Of a stretch of 54,228 bases of DNA, positions 23,401 through 38,400 are shown one piece after another; position 1 is the first letter of the stretch, and every line of letters starts with the position of its first letter. The position numbers were made by a program, and so were the translations under genes. The DNA is from Callorhinchus milii (Eukaryota): NCBI RefSeq assembly GCF_018977255.1, contig NW_024705328.1, positions 1 through 54,228 on the forward strand. Reading direction: 5' to 3'. The notes under the pieces were generated by a model. The model saw only the letters and a list, made by a program, of their open reading frames with translations. It was not told where the DNA came from and made no database searches.

Positions 23401-26400
23401 TTGCAAACAGCGTGTTCATTCTCTTGGCGCTGCCAGACGCAGGATAGTTTTCCGAAGGACATGTCGGGCACTGGCACGGACAATCGCTGTGAACATATAC
23501 CTCTCTGGAGCTCATTGATGACTCGTGCCTCCCACGTGATACGTATGACGACAACCGCCACCTTACATGTAATGCTAGCTTGTACGCATAGAGAGTAACG
23601 GCTGCGCCTATTGGCTGACTTGACAATTGTGGATCTTCACGTACCAATGGGAAATGACAAAACAGGCGCCATTTATATATTGGTTGAACGTCTCTCATCC
23701 TACCATTCTTTGGGCTCGGAGTACAAGCGGCAATGGAAAAACCATTAGACTCCACGTGTTGAGGTCCCGGTTAGATCTTTCCTTGTCATTGATTCGGTAC
23801 TGCCTAGAAAGAGTGGTTTTATCGGGCGGACTCATTATAGGAATTCTGGGGCGCAGACAATAATAGGGCACGCTCCTGTAGGGGTCATCCACGCTTTGGC
23901 ACCAGAACAATTACAACCTCCCAGTCTCCAATGAGATGGTAGATTGACGCTAGTTAGGTCTATCGGAGTCAATCTCACTGGACCAGTGACCACCTTTAAT
24001 CTAACCTATCCCAGGATTGGCATTGAGAGGCGGACTTTCTGCTATCTGCTTCTATTGGAGCGTAGTACACGAGGTTCGACAGCGGCCTTGGCACAACGTG
24101 AACCCGAAAGCACCCTCTAATTATGGACGGATGGACGTACGGTTTAATACACAGGAGGCCTCGAAATGGAGTGGCGAGAAATCGCTAAACTTAGTACTGA
24201 GAACTGAAAATACATGTCCGGTTTCGTCGCAACGAAGCGAAGAACCCGATGCACTTCTAGCTTTCGACCAACTTAAGTTTCATGATAATCTCCCAGCAGA
24301 GGTACCTCCCCTACACATGGCAATAATAGAATGAGGATGCATTAGGCATCACGCGGTGCGCCGTCATTAAAGAATTCGCCAACCAGTTACAGACGAAGAG
24401 GAATCGTGCGGTAGGTGTGTGTTACAACGGCGGTTCATCAAGTTGCGAAGCGATGCTAGTGATTGGCATATTGTAACGCTGCCAAAGAATCATGAGCTGT
24501 GCAATTCAGGAAAGTTTTTATTTAACGGACAGGCTCCACGGGGCGAATACTGACGCTGGTCATAACGGGCAGCTATTGCATCTAGCTGGCCTCAGTCACA
24601 CCCGTCGCAAGTAGTCAGTTCGAGTAAGTCGTGCATCATCGAAGATCCCCCTGGGGCCCCGCAGTAAGACGAACAACCTTCCGCTCTCGGAAATCGAGAG
24701 CTAGAAAGGACCTCCTGGACACGCGTTAAGCAAGTAAGATCCTCAATTTCAGTAACCGAGCCTCACGTCTCCATGACCTAAGATCCCTCCGTATAGATTT
24801 TACCCTTCCCATACTTATACGTTTTCAGCATGTCCCTTGGCCCCTACTTTTCAGATACGTTATTCTTTGGCGACGCGTGTGACCGTTGGATTGGCAAGAT
24901 CCGACGCATTAGACACGGCAATTAGCGATATGGTGAGCAATTGTTCGAACTGTAGGGGTGCTGGCCCTCGTGTTCGGCAGACTGTAGCCGTACGTTTTGC
25001 GATACCGAAATGTCCGCAGTCATTTTAATAAACTAGGTGACGCGTCGGGGGTCTAATTTAATTAACTCCCTACCGTCCAATTCTTCATCATGTCACCGGC
25101 GGTGATCAGCTATATTCCGGTCCGACCTGTCTCTCTCATTTCCGCATGGACGGTGCACGGCCACGACAGAAGGCTACACCCGAGATGTAGCGGGGGTAAT
25201 ACTACGAATCGGTAAAACGCTTCTCGTCCGTGGTTTTGAGCAGAGCGCGATAGCCTGGTCAAGCGCTTGCGACGATGAGCGGAGTAGAAGCGCGAAACTC
25301 GCCTAGCTCATCCTTGCCTATCGGATTTGTACATAGCCATCACAGATAGTCCGTAAAACTGTTGAGTACGGGAATGTTCTGTTTTGCTTCAGTATCGACC
25401 ACCGACCGTGGCCATAGAAGAGCCATTAATCGTACAATGAGGGGACGCGAACTTGGTACCCTCGGACACGTATCAAAGAGGTGAAGTCGGCGTCAACAGT
25501 ACGATTGTATGTCTACCGCGGCCCACCATTACGTTAACCGTAGGATGTGGGAGCACGTATGGCTTCGTGACAAAGTGGCGCTAGCCAGATATGGTGTCCG
25601 AAACCAAGATGAAAAGGACAACGCGGGTAGTTCCTTCCGTCTAGTAGCTCAATAGCCAGCTATCTCCCGCTCATGGAAAAGTAACATTGATGGTACCACG
25701 TAGGGTCTTACTGAGCCTCTGGTCGAGCCACCCGATGGAAACAGTTGTGCGAACTGGCAAAGGGTTCTAGCGTTCAGCAGTACGTACTCTGGCTGACAAA
25801 GTAGTTTTTTCATGAGGAGTCGTAGTTCCGTTTACATTCCCTAAAATAGTAAGCGAAACAGTGAGGAACTTAACTTGATCAGGCACTAGTTTGGCTTCCC
25901 AAAGGCACTGACCCCCTAACGTTAGCCCAGTTGCTTGACCGGGCACGCTGTTTCGAAGAAAAGTAGTGATATGAAGGTACAACATCATACGAAACCATGA
26001 CATATAGACAATTGAGTACGTCCGTGGATCTGCCTCCGGGATATCACGGACGGCGTGGTGCAAGTTTCGTACTAAGCTGCGCTAATCGAGTGCCCGGTTA
26101 GACACGCATACAAAATTCGAGGAATGAAAATATACAACTTCCCTACGTACAGATGGTTACATGTCCGCGACGCGGCACGGGAACCCATCGCACTTCGTAG
26201 AGGAGTCTGGCACGTCGCTTTGGTTAATCGTAGGGGGTGAATATCAGTGGCTGGGGGCGACATCAACCCGCATACCCATAAAGTTGCTCACACATTTGCT
26301 AATATTCGGCTGAGTAAAGACGTCGCGCGCACTACTACGCAAATGCATTCGGCCTAGTCGGGGAGATACCTATTATTTCTGTCCATGTACCGACCTGCCA

Positions 26401-29400
26401 TTGAGCAAGACGTGCTAACCGATCCTGGCCAACTCGATAGATGAGCGATTTCTAGACGCAAAGCGCAAACCATCAACACTAGACTCCCTCGGACCAGATA
26501 ACTCCACTGCCCGCGCTCTGCTGGAGACTGACAGGGCGGGCCAGTGAAAAAAAATCGTTGATGCGCCCCAAAACCGAAAGTATGCTTCAGGTATTATGTC
26601 GTGACTGATAAGTGGTGTGACCTACTACCAAACGCTGCTTCTCATTTCCTTAGGCTTAAGTAACCATGCTCCTTTTCGAATGGCGTAATTGACATTGCGT
26701 GATATTTCTTTATTCAGTGAGGTTGGCAATAACGACAACTTTCTCGGGTGAGGAACGGGGGGGACCCCCCCATGACGAATGGTATAAAGCTACTAAAATC
26801 ACAGTACCAGCGCTTACAGTTATAGTCATATTGCAATACAAGGGAACGGGCCAGAGTTGACCCACGCAGTTGGTGGAAACCGATGTAATCAACAACCTCC
26901 TCCTCTTGCACTATTCCTAATACAGCTAGAAATGCTGTCCGCGGCCTAACCCGAGCAGGAATGAGACTTTAGGTTTCCTACCCTAAGCCGCGGTGATTCA
27001 TCCTCTTACGGTCTACGTAACTGTGCTGACAACCAGTAACTAGCTCACGCGATGTTCTAGGAATGGTGGTATTCCCGCAACCATTGGACGAACCTCTGTC
27101 GCTAACTATCGAGGACGCTGTCAGTCATCCGTCATGTGTGGGAGGCACAGGATTACACTTTCTAAAAACCATTGGCGTGCGCGTAGGTAGGTGGATGGAA
27201 CGCTAGTGATAGAACTGAATTTAACCACCATTCAAATTTCCACTAGTTGGGTTCCAGACGCCAATAACCAAAATGAATGAAACGTGTGGGCCATGCGCTC
27301 GTTCACGGCGGTAGTCGTCCGAAACCTGAGCGAGACCATCCTCATTTGCAATAGTATCGAATTTATTCCATTCTAGCATAAAGTACGCCGGGCGTCTCAT
27401 GGTAGGTTAGGTATTACTTGTACGGCCGCAACCCCCGGCTCCAACAAGTATGTTAGGTCATTTCCTGGTGCAGGGTGTTTATTCGTAACACGAGGCTTGT
27501 ATACCGCCGCGTTTCCCAACTTTCACAATATTAATTCCTGTGGATAAGATCGACGCCTTAGTGAATTATCAACACGGGTCTATGCCTTAGATCGCCGTGC
27601 GCGATTGTTGGCTGACTCTAGTTCTGCATGAGATCAGTGATCGGAGGTTCCACCTCGCTTTAACCCGTGTACCGTCGAATCCGCCGGCCGGTTGCCGATC
27701 GACCAAGTAATCGTGGTCCCCCGCCTATTTGGTGAAGCCTCTGATATCAAGTGGTGAGTACAGTCTGTCAACAGAATCGGTGTTTAATGCGTACGTTCCC
27801 TAGAAAAGGGTGCGGTCGGGATCGGCAAATGCTGAACTAATGTTGATTAGGTGAGCGTCCGCTGCAGTGATTAATATCAGGATGCCAGGCTCCCGATGGG
27901 AGGACAAATTGCCCTTACACTAGGGGTGATATCTCGTCGAGGCTACCTGCATGCCGGGGGTTTGGCGCGCCGGCTTTTGGATGATTTTCGAATGGTCATG
28001 AGAGCCGTTCAATGAAAGGCTGCCCGACGTCAGGGGGAGACAAATCAATGGAGCTATGGTGGGCCCTCGGGAGCCTCGAACCCACACTCCCCGGGAAGGC
28101 TCGTACGTAAGGCCGAGCTGTTCGACATGAGGAATCTACAAAGGCGAGCCCGAGGCCACGGCGACTTATCGAGAGTAAGACGGGGTCCATAGGTAGCGAT
28201 TAGCTTTTGCCGTACAGCGTCCAGATGCAGCATTTTAACTGCACTGTCTGAATGAGGTAAGCATACAGTGTTCACCTGGAGACCAGATTCTAGCCCTGCT
28301 ATACCGCAGGGTGAGAGGTGACTAACCGCAATCTGGCTTGCAGTGGAAATGCGCGACCAGAGAGGAATTAAGGGAATGTGTGAGACGTGGTCCCGTGCAA
28401 TTCATAGGTAAGAAAACCTAGAGGGGATGCGGAAATAGGGCAGCCTCGGGACATTGTACGTCTTTCCTCTTGTGCGTGATAGGGTCACGTGTCCCTGCTC
28501 AGGTGTGACTCGTGAATGGCAACGCTGCAGCTGTAAAAAGTAGCTTCAAGGCATTGACATGACATTGGAAGGTAGGGACTGGTAATAGTATGCGTGGTCG
28601 CTCTTGTTATCATACTATTAGTCCTAGACTTTGTAACAGAACCCACTGAACAGACCAATTTGAGCAAATGCAGCGAGAAGCCACGCATCGAAGGGCACTT
28701 AAGTTTGAGGTCCTACACTTTGGGTCATACTACATTCTACTATCCTTAATGAACACACTTGAGGCATATCCTCCAGGTGCTGGTAATGGACCGACATGCT
28801 CAGCAGAGCCGCTGATTGAGTCTGTGCGAGATTCGTGCGCCTCTATGCTTACGGGTATTGGCACTGGCGGTGTCGGGTCAGCGCATATTTTTACACCGTG
28901 TCTCATTTAGAGTGGTACCAACCGATCAAGCTGCTATCAATTTTTCTGACCGTGATTCCTCGCACGGCTTGGGGGTTTCCCTGTAGCGTAGCCCATTTTC
29001 GTGATAAGTAAGCATCCGGTCTTATCTCCGATCGATATAACACAGCGTGCCGTTCCAGACTGCGCAGTGCTCTGCAGATAATAGCTCATGATACATGAAT
29101 ACAACTGTTGCAGCAACCGCGTGACACGTAACAAAAGGAATTGTCCAATTGGGCAGGCGGGCCCCGTTTTCGCTGTAAGAGCTCCTACGCAGCGCGTCTG
29201 CACTTGCCCAATATAAGGTCGATAAACTATATGTTGTGAGATCCTTACGTTAAGCACGTTTCTCATATCCAAGGATACACTTACCAACAATAACCCTTGT
29301 GGCGCGCATCAAATCGCCCGTCGCCAATCTCTCAGCACGTAGCTGCCAAACCGAAAGTTGGCGCAGTCAAGTGCTCCGGAAGGTCACGGTTCTGAGGCGA

Positions 29401-32400
29401 AGCGAAAGTACTGCGTATCCCGGTCCGGCTAGAGGCTGTTTAACGGTATTTTAGGGTACTGCCATTAAGCACTCGCCGAGTAGAAAGATATGCACCCCGA
29501 CCAAGATCATTTTAATAGTATGTCTTTCTGCTCAATATCCGGAGACGGGCAGCCGCTGAAATCTAGTTCTTGTCGCGAGAGAATTAAACCCGCCTGTTAA
29601 CCACACGTGGAAGATGGTATTTCAGTGTCACATCGAAACATCGCGCGGTTATATGACTGCTCGAGCCTCCTCACTCAATCTGCGGACCGCTACAACAATT
29701 TAATGTATGCCCGGCAGGCCATTATTGCAACAAGAGTTAACGTGAACGGCGCCTTGAGACGCCCCTTGGCAGACGAGGACTGCGTTGACAGACACATGGT
29801 TAATTGTAAGGGAAGCCGGTCGTTAGAACGGTAGCGCATGAGTCGGTTGAGAAGAAAGACTAACGTTGAAGGCCTGTATATGACAATCGAACGTGGACGC
29901 TCCTCTGACATGCAATAGATCAAGTACGTGCGTACACATTAGCGGTTTGCGTAAGGACGTGTACTGTAGATAAATGTAGCGTTGCGGAAACAGCGCGTAC
30001 CAGGTCCTCTAGTGTGGGGAAGGCCACGCACACGTAGAGGCAGTAAGTTCTCTGGTCACCGGAACGAGAGATCCTCACCGTAAAGCGTATGAAGCAGAAG
30101 GCAAAGTTGTGCAGCACGGACTTCCTACCAGCTGGTTCGATCGATTCCAGTCGACCATGAGTTCTAGCTTGTATAACAAACGTTGTTTAGTGCTCGAGTG
30201 ATCGTGCTGTAACGTGTAAAGCTGTATTTAGAAATGTGCCATGGGTCAACGAAATCAAGCCATCGACGCGTTTATGTCACGCCGGAGAGCTTCTGCGTAC
30301 GGAGTCACACGTCCTCGGCTAGTCCATCGCAACAGGTGATACAAGTGCCCGTACCAGAATTGCCCAAACTTTGGGTATCAGGCGCTACGCAGTATGTGAT
30401 GCGTGCTAGTGCCTGAACCCAGCCTATTATATCGGAAGTCGAAGCAACGGGAGGCATAGGTACAGTAGTTGGTCGAGTATGCGGCTAACCTCCTCAATCC
30501 ATAGACGGCGAACCCAATCAGAAGCCTCAACCGTAACTGCATTCTACTTCAACAGTAGAAGGCTTGGAAGGTCAGCTTCTCAGGGGGATGATTGGGGTCC
30601 TCGCTCCGCCATCGAACTGCAAAATTGTAGAGCACGCTCTACGTGAAAAACGCAATCAGACCGAAGAGAGTAACTTGATTATATAACCTTTCCGTAACCA
30701 GCCGTCAGGGGGAGCAAACGACAGCATGGCATATCCATTGCTCTTGCGCGCAGCCCTTTTCGCGCCAGCGCAAGTCCGCTCCCTCAAAGTGGCGAGGCTG
30801 TTCGAGGGCGTGAGTGTCCGTTGGAGCTTGTCTTTGGCAAAAATACCTTTAAATAGGCCTGTAAGTTAGCAAATTCGTATTTGGGCGGCCCAATATTCTT
30901 ATTCTCCAATATTGGACCATCTAGATATTGTCACGCAACACCATTAGAGTTATCGTTAAGGTTGAGAGGTTTCCCTTGGTGGTGGGTAAGGTTCCCTTTA
31001 GTTTAGAACTATCCTCGACTTATGAATTATTCACGTTAGAGACGGTAAGCTGTGTGGCTAAGTAGCAGCATTTGAGGTTGAAGTTTGCTTGGCGACAGAA
31101 CGACATCGGGCGCCTCTACTTGCGCCATGTCCCCGTGAGGAACGACCCATAATAAAGCGGGAATCTTCGTATCATAGGCTGCAAGGAAGTCTATTTAGGA
31201 CTAGCCACTTCTTATTACCTAGGTCCCGAGCCGGTATGGATGGTGTCTCTGCCGGTTACCCTAGAACTGCGTTTGCCGAGCTGTTTGAGGAGTAACTAAC
31301 TATGGCCAATATGAAAGTGGTCGGCGGACCCGGTGCCCAAGCGCTAACAGAGAATACTAAGTACTCAAGTTGAACCCCGCGTTCAGTACACTCGTCTGAT
31401 TAATATCGTACTCTGACGTTCAACCGTACAGATAATCCAGACCTGACACTCGCGCGACTGCGAGTATTTCGCACTGCATGTGGAAACCGCATTTATTTTA
31501 GGTTTCAGTCAAGTTCACCCTGGATGGTACCCACTCGTCTAAGGGAGAGCTTTGTGGAACGCAATTAATAGTTAAGTTCAGATCAGAATGGCGTTAGCAA
31601 CTCACCACACAATGCCTTGAATCGTTGGCAGTAGAGTTTATGCGGAGAATCCACTAAGGGAGAACCACCATCTCAATATTTGCATGCCGGGCCGTGGTCC
31701 AGTATTCGGCACAGGCACGGAGCCTTCTCTATAGCGACCGCAAAGCATCCGTTTCGCGGATCATAAGCGCCGGAAGGGGTGCAGAAGGGTTTTCTGTAAT
31801 TGAATCAACACAAATTGATCTATGAGCTACCACATATCCCAATCGTATCGAGCGGCGGTGATCCTCATGCGACTCCTATAACCCACCTCCCGGATATACT
31901 GGGCACACTGGCCTCAAATTCTACCTCGCGACTAACTCCACTCTCATTCATTTAAGCTCAGGTCTCCAAGAAGCTATGTAAAATGATAGAGTTGAATTGC
32001 TTCTCACAGGATGCACTGTACAGGTCCCTGTTTCTATGGAGTATGCCTACTGGCCTCGCATACAAGTTAGTATCGGGTAACGAGGTAGGTACCATATCAG
32101 CGCAATCATAGGATCAGGTGCAATACTAGGCCCCACGTCATTAGGAAGAGTATTGACGTTTCTTGTGGACGCTGTTAAGGCGGGATGAGCTCGACACGAA
32201 GTATCCCCCGAGCATGATCTGAAAGGTCGGATTCGCCGCGGTGAACCGAATGTATTTTAGTATGAGACCACCGACCACGGCTTAATCCAAAAATAGGGGA
32301 GAATTGTGAGCCTTTACTACGCGATTAAACGAAAGTCAAGCTCATTTCCGCTTTGGCGGAGCTATCCAGTAGGGAGTACTCGCGGGATCTGATGACCGGC

Positions 32401-35400
32401 AAACGTCTTGACCCACCCTTAGCATAGGATGGAATTTCCAAGTCGTCAAGCCGTTGCCTGCTGCTCGCTTCGCACATATGGGTCTGGTGGGTAGGGGGGA
32501 CTCGACAATTGCTGTGTAATCGGGACATAGAGGATCCTCTACCAATTTTTGGTAGAGTGAAATAGGTAATTCCGCTATAGGAGTGTTTGGAGGTACGTAA
32601 CTCATGCGCTGCATGCGACACCAAGGAGGTGTCACGAGGCGGTCCGGACAGAGTATGGCCTAGGTGCAACACGACGGTACGAAACTTTGCGGGATGAGGG
32701 TATAGTAGTCTCAACGGTATGGCAACCACTGATAGTCTAAGGTATGTAATTAGATTGCTTCTGTTCAAGGTTCCTATACACAAAACACGCTTGATGAGGC
32801 TTTACTAGGGAGAGTTCAATCAATAGCGATTGATTTATGGGTAGATCTAGGTTGTCACGCAGTAACGCGTGCGTCTGTGAAAGAAGCCCCATCAAAGGGA
32901 TCCTCTCTATACCGGCTAATATTGAGACGTTGTGCTGGCCAATGGAGTAGCCTCAGCTGATGTCCGGATTTTGTAACTGCCTGACGTTACGTCAGAGTGA
33001 TTAATCGGAACCGGGGACGTGGCATAGGCATTCGAATAAATGATCCCATTTGCCAGATAGGTGCTCAAACAGATGCGCGACCATTATGGGAATTAAGATT
33101 TTGATGGTCGGAGGAGAGCAGTTTGGTGCTCCAAATACTCCCTATATGACTTTGTTTGCACCCGATCTCTTACTAACTTCAGCAATTAAGGAAGTCGCTA
33201 TGAGACGTTGGTGCCGTGTTGGAAGTCGTGGCGCTGTGCGGTTGGAATGTCGCAAACTCCCTAGCCCGGACGTAAGGGAGGGTCCCAGTACCATGACCCA
33301 CTTACTGGATGACCGTTTCTTGATGATAAACCCTGGCTACTACGTCTCAAGTTGGGATGACGCTTCACGTGGTGGTGGTTCCAAGAGTGGGCTTCCACCA
33401 CAGCCACGCTGATGACCGTGGAGATGAGCCAAGTTATCTACGCGTCACTGATGGATTGAACTAGAATATTACCCGGTCTCATACCTGTACCAGCTCTGTA
33501 TATTGCAGACTCTGAACATAAAAAGTGTCTACTTCATCGCTGGCTGATTACCCGTATGTGGTCATTAGATGGGGGACTTGGTCCAGTGGTATAAGAAATA
33601 GGGGAACGCTTAGAGCGTAATCACGAGGACTGCTCCTTGCAAAACGTCAAGAAGATCGCGGATAGGGGAGTATTTACTGTGGTTGGTCCAACTACTACTT
33701 CCTCTACTCGGAGCCTATTCGTCCGATCTTTTCCTTAATGTACGGACGGTCTATCGATAGCGCCCAGGAACGGTTAGTGAACGATACACAATTAGCTCTT
33801 CGACACCACTAACCAATTTAAGCCTAGAATCGGATCGGCATATAGGATCAGCTGTAACACCGCTTCAATCTATTGGAAGATGTTCTCAGCTCGACCTTCG
33901 TGTTCCCCACCTATGTAATCAAGGGCAAAGACGTACTTAGAGGGAAAGGTTGGCCTCCGCCTATCTCTCCACCCCACGCTGACAAGTCTTTGTCAGCAGA
34001 CAGGAGACGTACCTACGACTAGCATGGGTCATTATCTAGGTATCGAATGTACCCAAGGGTTAGAACGTCAAAATCCCTAACCAGACTCTCAAGCACCTTT
34101 TCGGTTACCACTGAGTCTCGGGTGGCCCTTTGATAGGTGAACGAACTCGTTACTGTGGTACAATGGGTCCTTACCTACATTAGAACTCATACTACCGTTG
34201 GCAATCCGTCCGCGAAACAAGTAGGTGTGAACGATGCATTAACGTCATGTTCAACAACGCCTTCAGGGGGTTTTAATGACGACGACGGTATCATCAGCCG
34301 TTTGTGCCCTTAGCGAGGTTCTTACGGCTGCAGCGTTCACTTACGAAAGCAGATCGGTCCCCGTTATACTGCTGTCCGTATCGGGAAGACATGACGGGAA
34401 GTGCGCCTTCTAAGCTCAAAACCTGCACCGCGGCCATGAAGATACCATAGAAATCCTTGAGGGGGTTCTTAGGTTCTATATTTAGTGAAAGTTGGCGCAG
34501 TGGTCCGTCGTATTTAACGAGGTGGTCTAAGGGCCTCAACTTTGCTCCCGAGACTAGGTAGCGCTAGCAATATTCGGGACGACGATAAGGCGCACCAAGA
34601 AAGAAGGTATACGCCTCATTGGAGCGCGTTCCAAGCCTACTCGTGGTGTCATAAGATATTATTAGACTATGACACCCTTTTTGATTGTTGCGATGCACTA
34701 AAAGCGCTGCGCCCACAAGGACAGCGATCTGTGCTTCCACCACTTTGCGGGGGTTAGATGACGCTAACTACTTCGTACCCTCAACGTACCAGGAGGGCAC
34801 GCCGAATAAGTGAAAAGACAGGTTTACCGCAGTATGGCCTTCCTTCTACCCGAGCGGCTTACGTGACAACAGGTCGGAGAAATACGTAGAATGATAGGTG
34901 TACCAACATGTGGTGTTTATATGGCTCATAGACATCGGTATTGGATTCAGGTCTTAAGAGAAGAGCGAGCCCCTGGGATCGCTCATCACAATGACTTGCC
35001 ATCAATTAAACAAATCCAGGAAGCCAGAAGACAACCGAGAGACCAGCGCATGTAAGTGTTGCCTTCCGCTATTAGAGCGGTACATATCCTCATCAGTAAA
35101 GTGCAGTTTCTTTAAGGGCTATAATACTGCGTCTTCACAGGAAGTGCCGACTTAGCAGCCCGATTGAACTCTCCGTTTCGCGCCTTACTGGGTGGGTGTA
35201 AGGGGGAATACCAGCCGTTTGAGCGAGTGATTTCTGACCTAACGTAAACGTCAGTCACCCCGCTAGCTGAAGTCCAAAGGCACCTGCAAGGGGCAATCGG
35301 CGGACCCTTTCCGCTGTGAAAAGCATACTACACGTGCTACACTATACGCAGTAAAGCACGGGTACGCAGATTTTGATTAAGTCAATCCCAATTACCCCGG

Positions 35401-38400
35401 GCGCGGCGATGCCGCAGTAGCATACATTATTGATGCGTCCCAGCCGAATATTGATCAACCCACCAGTTCCTAGTGCGTTAAAGACTATCCCCGATTATCA
35501 GGGCTATACGAGATATAGCCGATACGAGTGCGCATAGGATTGACCCCCTCCAGCTTATGACGCCCAAAAATCCCTAATGGAAGCCAATTGTTTCATGCCC
35601 CATCACGTAGCCCTCCGGTCTCTGAATTGTCATATGGGGTCTGCAATAGTAGCCAGTACTTCGTTTCATATACAGATCGTCACGAATGTATTAATCTGAA
35701 TACCACCAAGCGCTTCTGCCCACGGTGAGCTGCAGCGATCTATTTTCGGTGTACAGCACATCACGCGATAGAGTACACGGCTGGACCTTTTGCTCAATTC
35801 TTTATGGAATTGATCAAATGATTCAAAGCAGTTATCGTCAGATGCTTCAATGCCGAACGGCATCAAGCGTTACCGGCTTAGACTCCGTAAAATGCTACGA
35901 TTAAAGGGAACTCTTGGGCCAGACACACAGCACAGAGATTGGGCTTGGCCTACTGGAGGTCCGTACCTTGGGGGGGTTAGTCTCAAAGGTTTTCTGGCAC
36001 GACATACGGTAAACGTAAAGATTAATAGAAATCCGAACAAAACACTCTACTGGCAATAATTTAACAACGCCATCAAATCAGAAGTACTCCGGTAGCGCGG
36101 TTTTAGACGCTATTCGCGTGACCTGTAGTCACTTACGCAGTACGTCTTCAATGGGTACACAGCGGTCATGGTTACCTAACCACGGTGCCTTAATCCTGCC
36201 ATAGGAGGCTCGACGGGCCACGTTTCACAAACTCATGCGTTTCTGTCAGCTGGTGTTTAATCAGTGTACTTGTATGACAGCCAGTAGAATAGCTTGAACG
36301 CACCTCTGGGACTGCGGTATTGACACCTCCCGCAGGTGCACACATGGTCCTCGGCGAAACTTTAGGGACATCTCAGTTTCACATTGTCTGCAAGGTAAGG
36401 AAGGAGGGGTTTAATATGATACTTAAGTAGAAAATGCGAGCTTCAGATGGAAGAAGTCGGGATCCCCATGGGTGACATGACTACCGAAATGCGCCGAATC
36501 TCAAGAACTTAGAGGCTGATAGCCCAGCAACTGGCTGGTAGACTGGACTCCAAATTGAGCGACTACGGTTCACTCTGGCGTAGACTCTCTACAATGCTAA
36601 AAGGGCGATACAGGTCTTTGGAAGAACAATTGTAAAAAGCTGTACAGGAGAGCTTATTCTGGAAATGCGTACGTAAGGCTCATCATTCCAATGGCCTTAT
36701 TGGGTTTCAGTCAAGACACTTCCCATCATAGACAGCGACTAAATCCAAGAACAGGTATATAGAATGGCGCTCAACACTTAGGGTTCTGGTAGCGATGTAC
36801 ACGACTGTCGGGTAAACCAACGGCGTGCCTATATAAAACTCTTTTACTCTACATAAAGACGTTTAACTGACGTTGTTAGCGAATCCTTGAACCCCTGTTG
36901 CACTTGGATCAAGCCAGTCGCTGGGGATTGTGTGGCTTTCCTGAGCAGTATCTTTCGTGTAGCGCTCTATTTGCGAAAGAGGGTTTTAACCGTAGACGTA
37001 AAGTGTCAAGATATTGTTCCATTGCCAACACGTGGCAGCTACCGCCATACAATACGACGGATTAAATATGCTGCTATCCGGCCCACTGTGGGATGAGCAA
37101 GCTACGCGTTTGTGCCTGACCCGTGACCAGCCTGGTTACACCCATCACCGCTCGCGGGAACTGGTGTGGGTGTCGACGCCACGGTTCATGAGGTCTCCGG
37201 CATGGGTCACTGCGACACGAAATTTGATTAGGGCAACTCTGCAACGAAGGCGCTTACCCTATAGTCCATATAAGTTTTGTGCGTTACGGGACAAGAGCTG
37301 CCGGTGTTCTGAAGGGGCGCCACCATGACGGGTTCGACCTCGTACTCCTCCGGGTACCCTGCGTCAGCCCAGAGTTTGGCCCAGTACACGGTCACACGGT
37401 CAAAAATCACGAATTCGGGGAACTTCTAAGATGAGTACACTACGGTAAGCGACCAGGGTGACACAGCTTAACCCAATGAGGGTGGTATCTACTGAAGATC
37501 GGGGCTCTTGTTCCCGTAGAAACCCGTTATATTCGGTGGTTATTCAACCAAGCCTGCCTCGGCTATGATGTTCGCAATAAGTGTAGCGAGTAAGCCCTGG
37601 TCTGTTTACCCTGTAGATGACGCAGGTGGTACTTCGTAGCATCTGCGGGGGAGCGCCGTGCCCGCACTGATTCACCAAACTTTTCTACGTGAATGGCCAG
37701 AAACTGAGCAGTGGCCTGGTCCAATTGTAGGTTCGGCGCCCGCGGGTAGGAAGCCCTCTAAGTTTACGACTCACGTGCGGAGGCTTGTACCGAGATCCCT
37801 AGCTGCATTTCCAGCGATTATTGAGGTTTGCCTCCACAATTGTGATGGATCTGCGTCCTTGCGCTTTGCCCAAAACCCACATTTTTCTGATGCAAAGTAA
37901 AGCGACAATCGTCCTTATATCATACTAGGTCACGGGCTACACGTGCTCTCCCATTTAATGGCTCTTGACACTCGACGGTTCACGTGTGGAATCACCAGGT
38001 GCGATCTCACAGGCGAGCTCAAAGCCTTTGTGCCTTGCTGCACCGATGCAGGGTCGACGGAATAGTAGTGATCGGCGATACTCAACGCAGATGTCTGAGA
38101 GGAGAAAACGTCAAGCAGATCCGTTTACTGCTCGAACGCAGCCCTATGTTCCCAGTCGGCTCCTGATTGTACTCCCACGTAGGGTCCCACCGAGAATGGT
38201 AACACATCGAGAATTGGGCACACAGTTACCCGCTCGTGGGGCGAGTCTATTGTTCTTCGTGTGGCGAGTGTGTTGAGGGCCTTGGTAACTGCAGAACCAC
38301 TTTTTCGAGGAGCTTAGAAATAAAGGAGGCAGCCGGTCGCGATGCCGTTGAGGATAAGAGTGCGGGGAGATGCGTCTAAAATGTCATAGACCGTACGGGT

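Noticed and set aside
31501..36714. 13-mer GGTTTCAGTCAAG occurring twice (~31501 and ~36703)
   Set aside because: A few 13-mer matches are expected by chance in 25 kb, and the flanks do not extend.
37290..37410. GC3-rich minus-strand frame (VYWAKLWADAGYPEEYEVEPVMV) as a possible retained exon
   Set aside because: No pyrimidine tract or strong donor and no dynein resemblance; plausible by chance across six frames of 25 kb.
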